Part shown: positions 29,379-39,617 of the stretch, one piece after another
Layout of the letters: the number at the start of each line of letters is the position of its first letter
Position numbering within the stretch: position 1 is the stretch's first letter
From: a virus
DNA length: 64,000 nt
IMG/VR virus record: IMGVR_UViG_3300026292_000623
Span: 8,214-72,213 of that record
Strand: one strand, 5' to 3'
Program-made: the position numbers and the translations under genes
The notes under the pieces: generated by a model
The model's input: the letters and a program-made list of their open reading frames with translations, nothing else
Told to the model about the DNA's origin: nothing
The model's database searches: none

Positions 29379-29951
29379 TTATAAAATTTCGTATAAACTC
29401 TGCCCTTTTTGGCGTATTTTTGTGTTACCTGTGTCAGTTTCTAGCTCTTTATTATCGTACTCTATGCCATAGATTATAACATCATTATCTATGCTTTTAG
29501 CATAGAATTTAAGTAACTCTTTTTTAAACTCGTCAGTGTCTATTTCAGCTTGAAAAAACATACCTTTTTCGTATGTAAGGGATTTTAGATAGAATCCAGG
29601 ATCTCTATCATTTGGATCTATTATTTGATTTCTTGTTATTGTTGGATTTGCTGATGTATATACATCTTTGCCATTCTCATCTTTTACTGTAATTTTACAA
29701 TCATCTGCATTCACTCCATAAGTGTGTGCTATATCACCTGTATCATAAAAGTTTCCAATATATCTTTCATCATCTTCAGGAATATTATCTGCATAATTAA
29801 ACAAATGATCTGTTAATGCTTCATCGGGTTGAGATTCCCAATACTCGTAGGCTTCTTGCGATAGTGTACCTACTACAATTTCTCCGCCAGAACCAGTAAT
29901 TTCAATATCATATATTGCCATAGTTCCTTTCTCCTTCCCAAGGAAATACAA
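29379..29951 (-). CDS. Hypothetical acidic phage protein (probable start 29921)
   Basis: GSGGEIVVG...EKGMFF. Confidence 0.7.
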   Translation of the reverse strand: MYFLGKEKGTMAIYDIEITGSGGEIVVGTLSQEAYEYWESQPDEALTDHLFNYADNIPEDDERYIGNFYDTGDIAHTYGVNADDCKITVKDENGKDVYTSANPTITRNQIIDPNDRDPGFYLKSLTYEKGMFFQAEIDTDEFKKELLKFYAKSIDNDVIIYGIEYDNKELETDTGNTKIRQKGQSLYEIL

Positions 29952-30408
29952 CCCAGACGTCTTTCTCCATCTTGTTTATTTCCAAGGCTGTGTAGTCTAC
30001 TTCACCAAATTTACTGGCTCCATTATCTACAAGAGCGGCAGTTCTTACATTAAGACCCCATCGTGCATCATCAAATTCTGTTTCCATCCAGTCTTGTTGT
30101 ATCCACTTAAAGGTACGACCACTATCATTTATATCATCAAATACTAAAATGTTTTTACCATTTCTAGCATCTTGTGCCATTCTCTTATTGCTTTCGGGAT
30201 CGTTGTCTTTGTCTACATCTCTAAATCTAACATCAAGAGCATACATTTTAATACCTGTTGTGTTAGACATAATAGTGGCAGGAACTAATCCGCCACGTGT
30301 TAACCCAACTATGTAGTCGGGTCTCCAATTATCTGCATACATAAGATTATTAATAGTAGTAATCATATGTTCGATATCTTTCCAAGTGTAATAAACTTTA
30401 TCTACCAT
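29908..30408 (-). CDS. Purine phosphoribosyltransferase (Gpt-like)
   Basis: IVGLTRGGLVPA, PRPP motif ILVFDDINDSGRT, WVVFPWE. Confidence 0.92.
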   Translation of the reverse strand: MVDKVYYTWKDIEHMITTINNLMYADNWRPDYIVGLTRGGLVPATIMSNTTGIKMYALDVRFRDVDKDNDPESNKRMAQDARNGKNILVFDDINDSGRTFKWIQQDWMETEFDDARWGLNVRTAALVDNGASKFGEVDYTALEINKMEKDVWVVFPWEGERNYGNI

Positions 30409-30420
30409 GACTACTATTCC

Positions 30421-31107
30421 TTACCTTGGTGCAAATTCTTGTTGTAATTTGATTTGATTAAAGAACTCTGCTTTTGTTCCTGGGTCTTGAAAGAAAGCAC
30501 CTTCAAGAACTGTGGTTTGAGTTAAACTGCTATGGGCCATTATGCCTCTATTTTCACAACAACCATGTGTTGCTTGAACATATACTCCAACATTTTTACT
30601 GCCTGTTGCTTTCATAATTTCGTGTGCAATTACATTATTAAGTTCTTCTTGTAATGTTCCACGTCTTGCACACCATTGTGCAATTCTTGTATACTTACTT
30701 AATCCAATAAGTTTCTCTGCCGCAAGTATTCCAATATATGCAACACCACTTACTGGTTGATGATGATGAGAGCAAACACTTTTAAGTTCACTTCGTACAA
30801 CTAACATTCCTTTATAACCATCTTCAATATGATTAGGAAATGCCGTTGCATTTGGCATAGGATTATACCTACCACTCATTAATTCATTAATATACATTTT
30901 AGCTAAACGTCTACCTGTATCCATACTGTTAGGATCGTTTTCTCTGTCAATTACTAAACTGTCTATTATTGCTTCAAACTTTGGTGTAAGTTCTTTTATA
31001 AGTTCTTGTTTATCACCTTCTTGTAATACCTTACTGATATTATCACCTGCCCAATATCTAATATTAGCATCTTTTAGTTTTTGTTTTATTTCATCACTTT
31101 TTGCCAT
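30421..31107 (-). CDS. folE: GTP cyclohydrolase I
   Basis: CSHH, IGLSK..R, LQEE, HGCCENRG. Confidence 0.96.
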   Translation of the reverse strand: MAKSDEIKQKLKDANIRYWAGDNISKVLQEGDKQELIKELTPKFEAIIDSLVIDRENDPNSMDTGRRLAKMYINELMSGRYNPMPNATAFPNHIEDGYKGMLVVRSELKSVCSHHHQPVSGVAYIGILAAEKLIGLSKYTRIAQWCARRGTLQEELNNVIAHEIMKATGSKNVGVYVQATHGCCENRGIMAHSSLTQTTVLEGAFFQDPGTKAEFFNQIKLQQEFAPR

Positions 31108-32101
31108 TTTTATTTTTCTCCGAGTTAAAGACGAGGATGTCTGCTGAGTGCTTAACCTCTTTTCGTGTGTACCAGTTATATGCTGTCTTCACAATGTGAT
31201 TCAAATCATACTGTGGAGTCCAACCTAATACACTATTTGTTATAAAATCATTTGCAACTAGTTTCGCAGGATCTCCTGCTCTAGCTGGTCCAAATGTTAC
31301 ATTAGGTTTTAAAGGAGTATTATCTTCTACGGCTTTTACAATTTCTTTATTACTGTAGCCTTTTCCTTCACCTAAATTAAATACATGAGCACCTATGTTA
31401 CTCTTTGTAAATTCTACTGCTTTTGCTATTCCGTTAGCAACATCTTCTACATGAACATAATCTCTTATACAAGTTCCATCTGGTGTTTTAAAATTATCAC
31501 CATTAAGTGTAAAGTCTTTTCCGTCCATAGTCATTTCCATAAGTTTAGCAATAATATGAGTTCCATCTTTTTCTTGACCTAACTCACCTTCGCTATCTGC
31601 ACCTGCTACATTAAAGAAACGTAAACTTACACTAGATAAACTATAAGCTCTAGCAAAGTCTTTTAACATAATCTCTGTCATACGTTTACTCCAGCCATAT
31701 GGATTAACTGGTTTTACTTCATCTGTTTCTGTGCAATATTCACCGTCTGGTTCTCCATAAACTGCCGCACTACTTGCAAATACAAATCTACTTATACCAA
31801 CAGTTTTACAAGCATCTAGTAAAACTAGAGTGCCAGTTACATTATTAAAATAATAAGATGCAGGATCAAGTACACTAGGGCCTACTAAACTTGTTGCACC
31901 AATATGTACTACACAATCAACATCTTTTAAAAATGCTAAAATAGCAGGATCTGTATAACTACCTTCAAAGAAATCATTATAATAATCATGTCTTATAGGA
32001 TTACGATCAACTGCTACTACAAAATGTTTATCGTTTATTAATTTTTTACAAGTTTGAGCACCAATATATCCATTTGCTCCTGTTACTAATACCTTAGCCA
32101 T
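31094..32101 (-). CDS. galE: UDP-glucose 4-epimerase
   Basis: TGANGYIG, SSAAVYG, YGWSK, LRFFNVAG, DGTCIRDYVHV. Confidence 0.93.
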   Translation of the reverse strand: MAKVLVTGANGYIGAQTCKKLINDKHFVVAVDRNPIRHDYYNDFFEGSYTDPAILAFLKDVDCVVHIGATSLVGPSVLDPASYYFNNVTGTLVLLDACKTVGISRFVFASSAAVYGEPDGEYCTETDEVKPVNPYGWSKRMTEIMLKDFARAYSLSSVSLRFFNVAGADSEGELGQEKDGTHIIAKLMEMTMDGKDFTLNGDNFKTPDGTCIRDYVHVEDVANGIAKAVEFTKSNIGAHVFNLGEGKGYSNKEIVKAVEDNTPLKPNVTFGPARAGDPAKLVANDFITNSVLGWTPQYDLNHIVKTAYNWYTRKEVKHSADILVFNSEKNKNGKK

Positions 32102-33319
32102 TTAATACTTTGCCTCCGCTACGTGATCTCTATATCTATTACCACTACGTAACCATTGATTAGCTTTATAGTTTCCTTCCATAATATCTATCATACGTTC
32201 AATAGTACCATCTGTCCAATCACTTAACTTACCCATTTTCTCACTTGGCTTTTCTAATCCAGTCATAATTTTAGCAACTGCATCTTCTTTACTCCAAGGA
32301 GTATAAAGTCTACTATAATCATTTGCAAACGTTTCTGGAAAGCTTCTGTAAGCTGGATATACTACGTTACAACCTAATGTATCTGCTTCACTTACTGTAT
32401 TACTAACCCAATCTTGTAATGCACAATTAAATAAAACTTTACTATCATTTACTATATTATAATAATCGTTTTTTTGCAAGTCTTTATATATCTTTAATTG
32501 ACCTTTTTCTTCCATTTCCAAAGCTCTAGTTAAATACTTTTCATTATTACTTCTTAATGGACCACCACTTAATACTGCAAACTCTACAGGATCAATTCTA
32601 TCTGTTAAATCTTTTCTATCAAAGTTTCTAGTTTGTTCATGCACCATTTCAATAACATCCATAAAAAAGTCTGGTTGTTTCTCTTGATCAAAACGTGCCG
32701 CAAATACAACTCTATTACTACGTTCTGCCCATGGCTTAACTTTATTGTTTACTCTTTCTAATACTTCTTCTTTACCAAAACTTAAACCTGATATATTATA
32801 AATTGGTGCCTCCCAACCTGCTATTCTCATATGAGCAACCATCTCTTCATTTGTTGCTAGTATATGAACATTAGGAATTTCATTACACATTTTTTCATAC
32901 AAGCCCATCCATTTGCTCATACCCCATACGTGAACAAAATCATCTGGATCAACAGCCTGTGCTAAACAACGTAAGAAAATCTTAGGTCGTTGTGCTTCTG
33001 GAATTTGACACATAATATATGGTAAACTCTCAATACCTGGTTGAAACATATCTTCGAAGAAAACTGCATCTTCATGAGTTACTTCTCCGTTTCTCATCAT
33101 TTGTACTAAATTCATAAGTTGACTCATACCAAAGTAACTTCTACCGTGTGCATCTAATACTTGTCCTACACTAATTGATTTTGTGTTATCAATAGTAGTA
33201 CCTGGTACAATAACATAATCTATATTTTTCTTTTTAAATACTCTTTCGCTCCACTCTTGTAATTGTAGAGTATATCTGCCTTCATATGGTTCTAATCCCA
33301 TATAGAATAATTTACGCAT
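32102..33319 (-). CDS. GT-B fold glycosyltransferase-like protein
   Basis: VFAARFDQEKQP and C-terminal SNTVSEADTLGCNVVYP (GT4-like pattern). Confidence 0.7.
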   Translation of the reverse strand: MRKLFYMGLEPYEGRYTLQLQEWSERVFKKKNIDYVIVPGTTIDNTKSISVGQVLDAHGRSYFGMSQLMNLVQMMRNGEVTHEDAVFFEDMFQPGIESLPYIMCQIPEAQRPKIFLRCLAQAVDPDDFVHVWGMSKWMGLYEKMCNEIPNVHILATNEEMVAHMRIAGWEAPIYNISGLSFGKEEVLERVNNKVKPWAERSNRVVFAARFDQEKQPDFFMDVIEMVHEQTRNFDRKDLTDRIDPVEFAVLSGGPLRSNNEKYLTRALEMEEKGQLKIYKDLQKNDYYNIVNDSKVLFNCALQDWVSNTVSEADTLGCNVVYPAYRSFPETFANDYSRLYTPWSKEDAVAKIMTGLEKPSEKMGKLSDWTDGTIERMIDIMEGNYKANQWLRSGNRYRDHVAEAKY

Positions 33320-33734
33320 CAGCTTTCACCTCCTCTACTTCGTTATCATTTGAAGCTTCTTCTTTTGGTTGAATCCAAAGTTTGCCCACGTGTATTTTTA
33401 GTTTTTTAGGGCTACGATCTTTCTGCATTTTAATTTGAATGTCAAAAGTAATAGCATTTTCCTTTTCAGTAGGAACTATTTCAAAGCTGAAAATCTTTCT
33501 AGCTTCTCGTAGATCTCCCAAATAAGAATTAAATACACTAATCAATTGATTAGTTTCTTTTTCATTATACATATAACCATCATATGGTTGTATAATCTTA
33601 AGTAGGTCATATTTAATATCATTGATATTATAGAACCCACTCATTCTAAAGTAACGAACCGCGACACTTTCTTCTTTGCGTTCACGTTTTACAAAGTCTT
33701 TTTTTACTTCAACGTTTTTATTATCTGTAGACAT
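33312..33734 (-). CDS. Hypothetical protein
   Basis: 140-aa ORF inside deazaguanine cluster. Confidence 0.7.
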   Translation of the reverse strand: MSTDNKNVEVKKDFVKRERKEESVAVRYFRMSGFYNINDIKYDLLKIIQPYDGYMYNEKETNQLISVFNSYLGDLREARKIFSFEIVPTEKENAITFDIQIKMQKDRSPKKLKIHVGKLWIQPKEEASNDNEVEEVKADA

Positions 33735-33737
33735 TGT

Positions 33738-34139
33738 CTATCCTTTAGTTACAGGGTTAAAAGTCATTGTTGCACCATTCTCGTTATCTTCTGCAACACT
33801 TATTGTTATTGATCTATTTGGATACCTATTATGAATTTGATTAGCTAACTCTTCACCAATCATTTCACAACTTCTATGATTAAGTTCTAGGACTCCATCT
33901 TTAGCATATAATGATTCTAGCCATCTTTTAAATTGAATAAATTCAATATCTCTGTCATCGTGGAATACATCAATTGCTACTCTAAAGTGAAAAATATGTC
34001 TGTGTGCATATCCTAAGAAACTCACATCATATTCATCACCTGTTGCAAGAGCTGGGTCATCTTTTGCCGCAGGGTACAAATGTACTCCTTCTTTTTGAAA
34101 TGTTACCCAAATTTGCCTTGTCGTCACATCTAGTGCCAT
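33738..34139 (-). CDS. QueD-like (PTPS/T-fold) protein
   Basis: EGVH, HRHIFH metal motif, SCEM, EDNENGA. Confidence 0.75.
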   Translation of the reverse strand: MALDVTTRQIWVTFQKEGVHLYPAAKDDPALATGDEYDVSFLGYAHRHIFHFRVAIDVFHDDRDIEFIQFKRWLESLYAKDGVLELNHRSCEMIGEELANQIHNRYPNRSITISVAEDNENGATMTFNPVTKG

Positions 34140-34140
34140 A

Positions 34141-34338
34141 TTATTCTTTCTCTTCTCTATCTGCCTTCATTAATTTTAGCATTTCCCAAAGTTTCCAGTC
34201 AATTGCTTCTAGATACTTCATTAATTGCTTTTTGTAAACATCATCTGCTACAGCCTCATCAACTGGTGCGTCTGGATTTACAACTCCTGGTTCAGTAGCC
34301 TTAGCTTCTTCATCCATTAAACGTATTTTTTTAGTCAT
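34141..34338 (-). CDS. Hypothetical protein
   Basis: AGGAG RBS; AIDWKLWE. Confidence 0.7.
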   Translation of the reverse strand: MTKKIRLMDEEAKATEPGVVNPDAPVDEAVADDVYKKQLMKYLEAIDWKLWEMLKLMKADREEKE

Positions 34339-34348
34339 TTAGATTCTC

Positions 34349-34888
34349 CTATTCGATTATCTTATCTGATTTATATTGATCCCATTGTGTGAATCTATCG
34401 CGATCCATCAAATCATGAACTCTATGAGTCCATACTCCTTTGTTGGTTGCATTAAAATCTGTGTCATCAATTTTAATACAAGCATTATATCCCAACTGTT
34501 CAATGTCTGGAACCTTAACACTAATCATTGGTATAAAATTATTATATTTTGTGTAACCTGCTTCTTGTATCCATTCTAAGTATTCATGTTCAAAGTCTAA
34601 TGTTACAAGTAATCCTTCTTCACATAGTGTCTTAACTAGATTATCCCAACCTTCTTCTTGTTGCTTTAATATCTCATCATTATCTGATAAATCAAAACTT
34701 TGATTTGCTCCTAGATAAACGTGTTCAACATTGTTTTTCATTGCAAGTTCTATTACTTCTTCTGGATCTTGCATACCTACAACAAACAAAGTTTCTTTAC
34801 CAAATGCAGGTGTATGTTCTATTTCAACACCCTTAAAGAATGTTATACCGTCAATTGGTTTTGAACTTGTTGAGTAATCTCTTTTCAT
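34349..34888 (-). CDS. Conserved hypothetical protein in deazaguanine cluster
   Basis: G.EIEHTPA.G..TLFVVG, HVYLGANQSF, KIDD.DF.ATN.GVW. Confidence 0.75.
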   Translation of the reverse strand: MKRDYSTSSKPIDGITFFKGVEIEHTPAFGKETLFVVGMQDPEEVIELAMKNNVEHVYLGANQSFDLSDNDEILKQQEEGWDNLVKTLCEEGLLVTLDFEHEYLEWIQEAGYTKYNNFIPMISVKVPDIEQLGYNACIKIDDTDFNATNKGVWTHRVHDLMDRDRFTQWDQYKSDKIIE

Positions 34889-35071
34889 TTAATAAGCCTC
34901 TGCTAATTGTGTTTCTAATCTTGTGATTTGCATTTTTAAATCAAGTTTTTTATACTTTAATTCTTTTAATACTTCTTCACTAGCATACTGATTATATAAC
35001 GTATTAATTTCTTTGTCAAGCATTCTGTGTTTTTTCTTTAATGTATTTAGATATGTTGCTTTATCAGCCAT
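34889..35071 (-). CDS. DUF465/YdcH-like coiled-coil protein
   Basis: L.KKH..LD.EI...LK.KKL.LK..I. Confidence 0.8.
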   Translation of the reverse strand: MADKATYLNTLKKKHRMLDKEINTLYNQYASEEVLKELKYKKLDLKMQITRLETQLAEAY

Positions 35072-36572
35072 TTGTTTCCTCCAAGTTACTTAAGAAGTCT
35101 TCTGCGGCCTCTACTTGTTCGCTAGTATACTCGCCGTCATCAACGTCTTGTATATCATCACCAGAATCAAATAAACTATCAAATGCACTCTGTGAAGTTT
35201 TGATAGACTTCATTCCACTGAAATGAGTAAGCATTGATTCTGCTTCTTCTAACATCTGCATTGGCTTTTCACTCTTAAACAATTTATTAATGAACTCCGT
35301 AACATAAATTACATCTCTAGGAACCCATAAATCAAATTCTTCTTGTTTAGGTTTTACTTTACGCCATTCTAAATGACTTGGCTTATATCTTGTACAAGCA
35401 ATATCTGCCAATGTATTTGCTCTTTGCACACTCTCAATATGTTGGTATACATTGTGTGCCATTAATAAGAAGTATGAGAAACTATCCCAACTTGTCTTAC
35501 CTTCTTTACCAATTTTGTTTAACATACCTGGGCCCATATAACATAAGTCACCCATTGTCATACGTTCTCCAATAGGACTATTGAATGGGAAAGGTATATT
35601 GCTATGTTGAAATTTCTTATCGTCAACTGCTTGTTCCATTACATAACTAAACTTATCGTTACGATGAACGTGTTGACTATATGCTTGTCCTTTGGCTGTA
35701 GTAATAAAAGGACTAGCGGCATCATACGTAACCATCATATTAGGATTAATAGTTTCTCTAATGTTACGTTGTATTGCCGTAAAGATACAAGACCAATTAA
35801 GTTTACTTGTACCCAAATAGTGAATTAAATCTCTGCCTGGATCTAATAATTTCTCATCTCGCATTACAATAAGTCTACGTAGAGCAAGATGCAACTGCTT
35901 CATATTATAACCTGCCATTGCCCAACCTTCAAATGGATAATGCTTAACTGCACTAAACCAATCATCAGCTTGTTGCTCATTGTTACCTTGTAACACATTT
36001 AAGAATTTAGTTTTACCTTGTCTATGTTTAACAAAGTAATCATTATTATGAATAGTATAATCTAAACAATCAACCCAGTCTTTTAATCCTGTTTTAGCAT
36101 TCAATGGTGGAGCCGCCGCTAGTGTAGGAACATCTAACACCATACTATAATCGGCTGTATGCTCTAACCAATTTAAAATTGTTTTACGTAAATCATCATC
36201 AGTTTTAAAATTAGGCCAATCACATTTAATTACACCTGTTGCAATTTGAAATCCACCACTGTCTCCAAGTATGAAACTATGCTCTCTATCTCTTTTTTGA
36301 ATCATAGGTTCTTGCTCATCACTCTTTGCTGGATCTCGAGTGGCGTGACCTGCAGAGTATAAACCCCACTTGTAACTATAATAAGTATCTTTTGGTTTTA
36401 GGAAATCAAAGCCATCTATGCCAAACTCAAAGCCCTTGGGCATTCTTTCTGGTTTAACAAAGTCAGGCCTTTTCTGTGCTTGTCTAATGAATTTAGAATA
36501 AAAACTACTAATGCTCGGCAAGAATACTGAGTAGTCTTTATTACTTTCTGTAAGATTTTTGTTACTTGCCAT
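35064..36572 (-). CDS. tRNA-guanine-transglycosylase-like protein (DpdA-like DNA transglycosylase candidate)
   Basis: GDSGGFQ, VLDVP, NVLQG, GWAMAG, IHYLG, TYDAAS, AHNV; no CxCxxC zinc site. Confidence 0.8.
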   Translation of the reverse strand: MASNKNLTESNKDYSVFLPSISSFYSKFIRQAQKRPDFVKPERMPKGFEFGIDGFDFLKPKDTYYSYKWGLYSAGHATRDPAKSDEQEPMIQKRDREHSFILGDSGGFQIATGVIKCDWPNFKTDDDLRKTILNWLEHTADYSMVLDVPTLAAAPPLNAKTGLKDWVDCLDYTIHNNDYFVKHRQGKTKFLNVLQGNNEQQADDWFSAVKHYPFEGWAMAGYNMKQLHLALRRLIVMRDEKLLDPGRDLIHYLGTSKLNWSCIFTAIQRNIRETINPNMMVTYDAASPFITTAKGQAYSQHVHRNDKFSYVMEQAVDDKKFQHSNIPFPFNSPIGERMTMGDLCYMGPGMLNKIGKEGKTSWDSFSYFLLMAHNVYQHIESVQRANTLADIACTRYKPSHLEWRKVKPKQEEFDLWVPRDVIYVTEFINKLFKSEKPMQMLEEAESMLTHFSGMKSIKTSQSAFDSLFDSGDDIQDVDDGEYTSEQVEAAEDFLSNLEETNG

Positions 36573-36599
36573 TTACTATCCTTTTAAGTAAGGTTAAAA

Positions 36600-37352
36600 T
36601 TATACAGTTAATGCTGGTAAGATGTAGTCGTATTTGCCTAATCCTGAATCAACTGAAATCATTAATGCACCTTTTTTACTGATGTTCATTACACAAGTTC
36701 CGCTCATACCTAGTCTTAAAATTGCTAACACTTGGTTTAATGGCCATGCATAACCTTCTTTTATTTCTCCATTTACATTGTTTGCAAATGTACGTTTACC
36801 TGTAAAAGATCCATCAGCGGCACCTACTGTAAGAATTAAATCACCATTATCTGTTTTAACAGTAAAGTTAGGTTCAATTCCACCATAGATTCCTGCAACT
36901 GCTTGAAGCTCACTTACTTTAGCTTTAGTAGGTGCAAAACTTACATCCCACTCAACGCCTTTGAACTTAACAGTTTGTAAGGTCTGTTCAATAATTTCTT
37001 TACTCATAAATCTGTATTGATCCGTATTGCCTTCTTTGTCTTTAAACAATAAATGATCTGGAACTGTTGCTCCATTACGTTCACGAGTTACTACATCAAC
37101 TGTAGCATCATCTGTTTGATAGTTAGGTAGTCCTGTAACACCAGATAAAAATCCAAGGTTTCCAAGACCAAATTCGCCGTTAAATTGTTCAACTGTATTA
37201 TGCATTTTTGCTTGTAAGATTACTGTACGATCAGCATCCATTGCATCTAATTCAGTAGACTCATCTGTGCCTGTTACTTTCACTGAAGTAATAAAGCCTA
37301 GTCCGGCTGTGTGCTTAACAATGTCTTGCACTATATCACGAGTTTGACTCAT
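36600..37352 (-). CDS. DNA sliding clamp-like protein
   Basis: 250 aa, alternating beta pattern, ends ISVDSGLGKYDYILPA as in phage clamp-like proteins. Confidence 0.6.
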   Translation of the reverse strand: MSQTRDIVQDIVKHTAGLGFITSVKVTGTDESTELDAMDADRTVILQAKMHNTVEQFNGEFGLGNLGFLSGVTGLPNYQTDDATVDVVTRERNGATVPDHLLFKDKEGNTDQYRFMSKEIIEQTLQTVKFKGVEWDVSFAPTKAKVSELQAVAGIYGGIEPNFTVKTDNGDLILTVGAADGSFTGKRTFANNVNGEIKEGYAWPLNQVLAILRLGMSGTCVMNISKKGALMISVDSGLGKYDYILPALTV

Positions 37353-37385
37353 TTAGTTTCTCCTGTTTGAGTTATTAATATAAAC

Positions 37386-37414
37386 ATATTACAATAGTAT
37401 TTAGAAAATGTCAA
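37386..37414 (-). promoter_or_regulatory. Sigma70-type promoter heading the clamp/deazaguanine operon
   Basis: TTGACA-17-TAATAT. Confidence 0.7.
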
Positions 37415-37433
37415 CAAAAACATTGACTTATAC

Positions 37434-37973
37434 CTATTTTAATTTAAGTTTTAGTTTACCAATAGATTGTTGAACACATAATGCCTGTACTTTACAATCT
37501 TCTAAAGCATTATGGGCATCAAAGTCTATTTCTTTTCTTGGATCATTTGGCATAATACTGAATAGTGTTCTACTATCTCTTATTTTCCAAAATGCCCAAG
37601 GTATATGATGTTGGTACTGCTTATACATATTTTCTAGTATAACTATATCGAATGCAGGTCCTTGGCACCATATAACATCAGCACCAACACACCATTTATT
37701 TAGATGTTGTAGGACTTCTAGTACCGGAGTTCTTCCTTCGTCACCAAGTGCTTCATCTCTAACACTTTTTTCTTGCCTACTCCACCATTCTAGGGTGCTG
37801 TCTAATGTTGTTCTTCCTTTTGCTAACTGTTCATCTACATCAAATCGATAGTAGAATTCATTGTGAGTATCACTGATTTCGTTAGGGTTGAACTTTACCC
37901 CTCCTATAGTTAAAACAACACAATCAGGTCCTGTGCCTAATGTTTCTAAATCTATCATTGCGTGTGTTGTCAT
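37434..37973 (-). CDS. DEDDh 3'-5' exonuclease (DexA/Rv2179c-like)
   Basis: MIDLETLG, FDIVIL, RDSRT, HNALED. Confidence 0.92.
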   Translation of the reverse strand: MTTHAMIDLETLGTGPDCVVLTIGGVKFNPNEISDTHNEFYYRFDVDEQLAKGRTTLDSTLEWWSRQEKSVRDEALGDEGRTPVLEVLQHLNKWCVGADVIWCQGPAFDIVILENMYKQYQHHIPWAFWKIRDSRTLFSIMPNDPRKEIDFDAHNALEDCKVQALCVQQSIGKLKLKLK

Positions 37974-38428
37974 TACCAGTTATCCTCACTCCATTGTATA
38001 CCTTTAATTTTTTGTACACAATTATTAAGTTCTTCTTTTGTAGAAGATTCGATAGCACCAACTAACCATTGCATTGCAAATGGTTTTGTTTTACTTCTTT
38101 TATTATCAATTAAATACTGCTTCACTTCTTCTTCGTTAATATTGTTATTGTAAATATACCTTGCAATTTGATAATAGGTATCTTCTACCCAATGAGTATT
38201 TTTAATATTTCTAGTAATTGTAGCATTGTTGGTAATATCTGTCAATACAAACTTATCTGTATATAATGAGTGAAAATTTAAACTACGTGGAAAAGGTATT
38301 TCAAATTTCCAACATTGTCTTGATAAGCGGGTCGCATAAAATGATACTAACTGATAATCGTAAAAATTATTCCATAATTTATAGTCATTATCTAGTTCTT
38401 GTTCATCTAGTTTAATATCTTGTATCAT
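37973..38428 (-). CDS. Hypothetical protein
   Basis: 151-aa ORF; TTGACA-17-TACAAT at 38492-38464 upstream. Confidence 0.6.
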   Translation of the reverse strand: MIQDIKLDEQELDNDYKLWNNFYDYQLVSFYATRLSRQCWKFEIPFPRSLNFHSLYTDKFVLTDITNNATITRNIKNTHWVEDTYYQIARYIYNNNINEEEVKQYLIDNKRSKTKPFAMQWLVGAIESSTKEELNNCVQKIKGIQWSEDNW

Positions 38429-38474
38429 TTATCATCGCGATTCAAAGTTTCAGTTTAAAGTTTATTGTAGCAGA

Positions 38475-39617
38475 TTAAAGGTTACTTGTCAAGTCTTTTT
38501 GTATTGATTTATAGAAGTCGGTAAACTCTGGAAATGCTTTTTCAAATGAGTTACCATGATAGTTATCATGTCTATTGATAATATTTTTTCTGCTCCACAA
38601 GTCTGGTTGTGTTGGTTTTATATTTTTAAATGCCATTTGTATATTTGGGTAATCTTTCCAATGTTCAACTAGTTTATCTAAATGCTCTTGTGGTAAACAA
38701 TCAATGCTTAAATCATATGGGTTGGTAACAAAATTATGCCTCACTTTATCAACATATTTAGATAGGTTATCAAAAACATACCTGGCCGCATATGAGTTTG
38801 GCCAACCTATGGCTGTTCTTATTGTTGTGTGTATTGATTCTGGATCAGTTTGTTTAAATTTATGAAACTCTTTTAGATTATTAAAAACTGTATTCCACGT
38901 ACCTTTATGTCTCCAATAGTTATGTTGATCTTCTATACAATCTATACTGATTGCCAAGTCAACGTCAGCAAATCCACTTACAGTTTCAAAAACATCATAG
39001 CCATGTCTTTTTAATATACTGCCATTGGTTGATATACTTATACTAGTTTCTTTTTCTCTGCCTAGCTCTTTAATCTTATTACATATCTCATAAAAAGATT
39101 TGGTCATTAATGGTTCACCTCCTGCAAACGATACGTGTTCTACAGTATGTAAATTATCTAAACATTGTTTTAATTCGTGTACGTTATTAAGTACTCCTGT
39201 CTTTCCAAGTTGACCTTCAATTTTGGCGTGTGTACTGCTCAAATAACTGCCACACATTTTACAACTAAAATTACATAGATTACTTTCTCTATAATCTAAA
39301 TACCTTAGTACAAACTTATCCGGTTGCCATGGGCGGTGTTCATTTAAATATTTTTCATTGAATTCTTGTCTTAATGATTTAGTTCCTTTTTGCTCTTGCG
39401 ATACACAATTAGTACACATAGATGGAAGTATATCAGAATCTAACATAATCTTTTTGAACTTTTCCATTTCTGGATGTGTGAAACGTTCTTCAAAAGACAT
39501 ATGTCTTTTTTCTTTATTGGGAATTAATATTTTATTTGCTTCGCAACATACTTGTACACCTCCATTAGTATGATCATATGTTGTTATCCACGGTGCTATA
39601 CAAGACGGCTTTTTCAT
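38475..39617 (-). CDS. Radical SAM protein with N-terminal twitch domain
   Basis: CNFSCKMC, AGGEP, STNG, SID; N-terminal CIAPW...VCC...CTNC. Confidence 0.92.
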   Translation of the reverse strand: MKKPSCIAPWITTYDHTNGGVQVCCEANKILIPNKEKRHMSFEERFTHPEMEKFKKIMLDSDILPSMCTNCVSQEQKGTKSLRQEFNEKYLNEHRPWQPDKFVLRYLDYRESNLCNFSCKMCGSYLSSTHAKIEGQLGKTGVLNNVHELKQCLDNLHTVEHVSFAGGEPLMTKSFYEICNKIKELGREKETSISISTNGSILKRHGYDVFETVSGFADVDLAISIDCIEDQHNYWRHKGTWNTVFNNLKEFHKFKQTDPESIHTTIRTAIGWPNSYAARYVFDNLSKYVDKVRHNFVTNPYDLSIDCLPQEHLDKLVEHWKDYPNIQMAFKNIKPTQPDLWSRKNIINRHDNYHGNSFEKAFPEFTDFYKSIQKDLTSNL

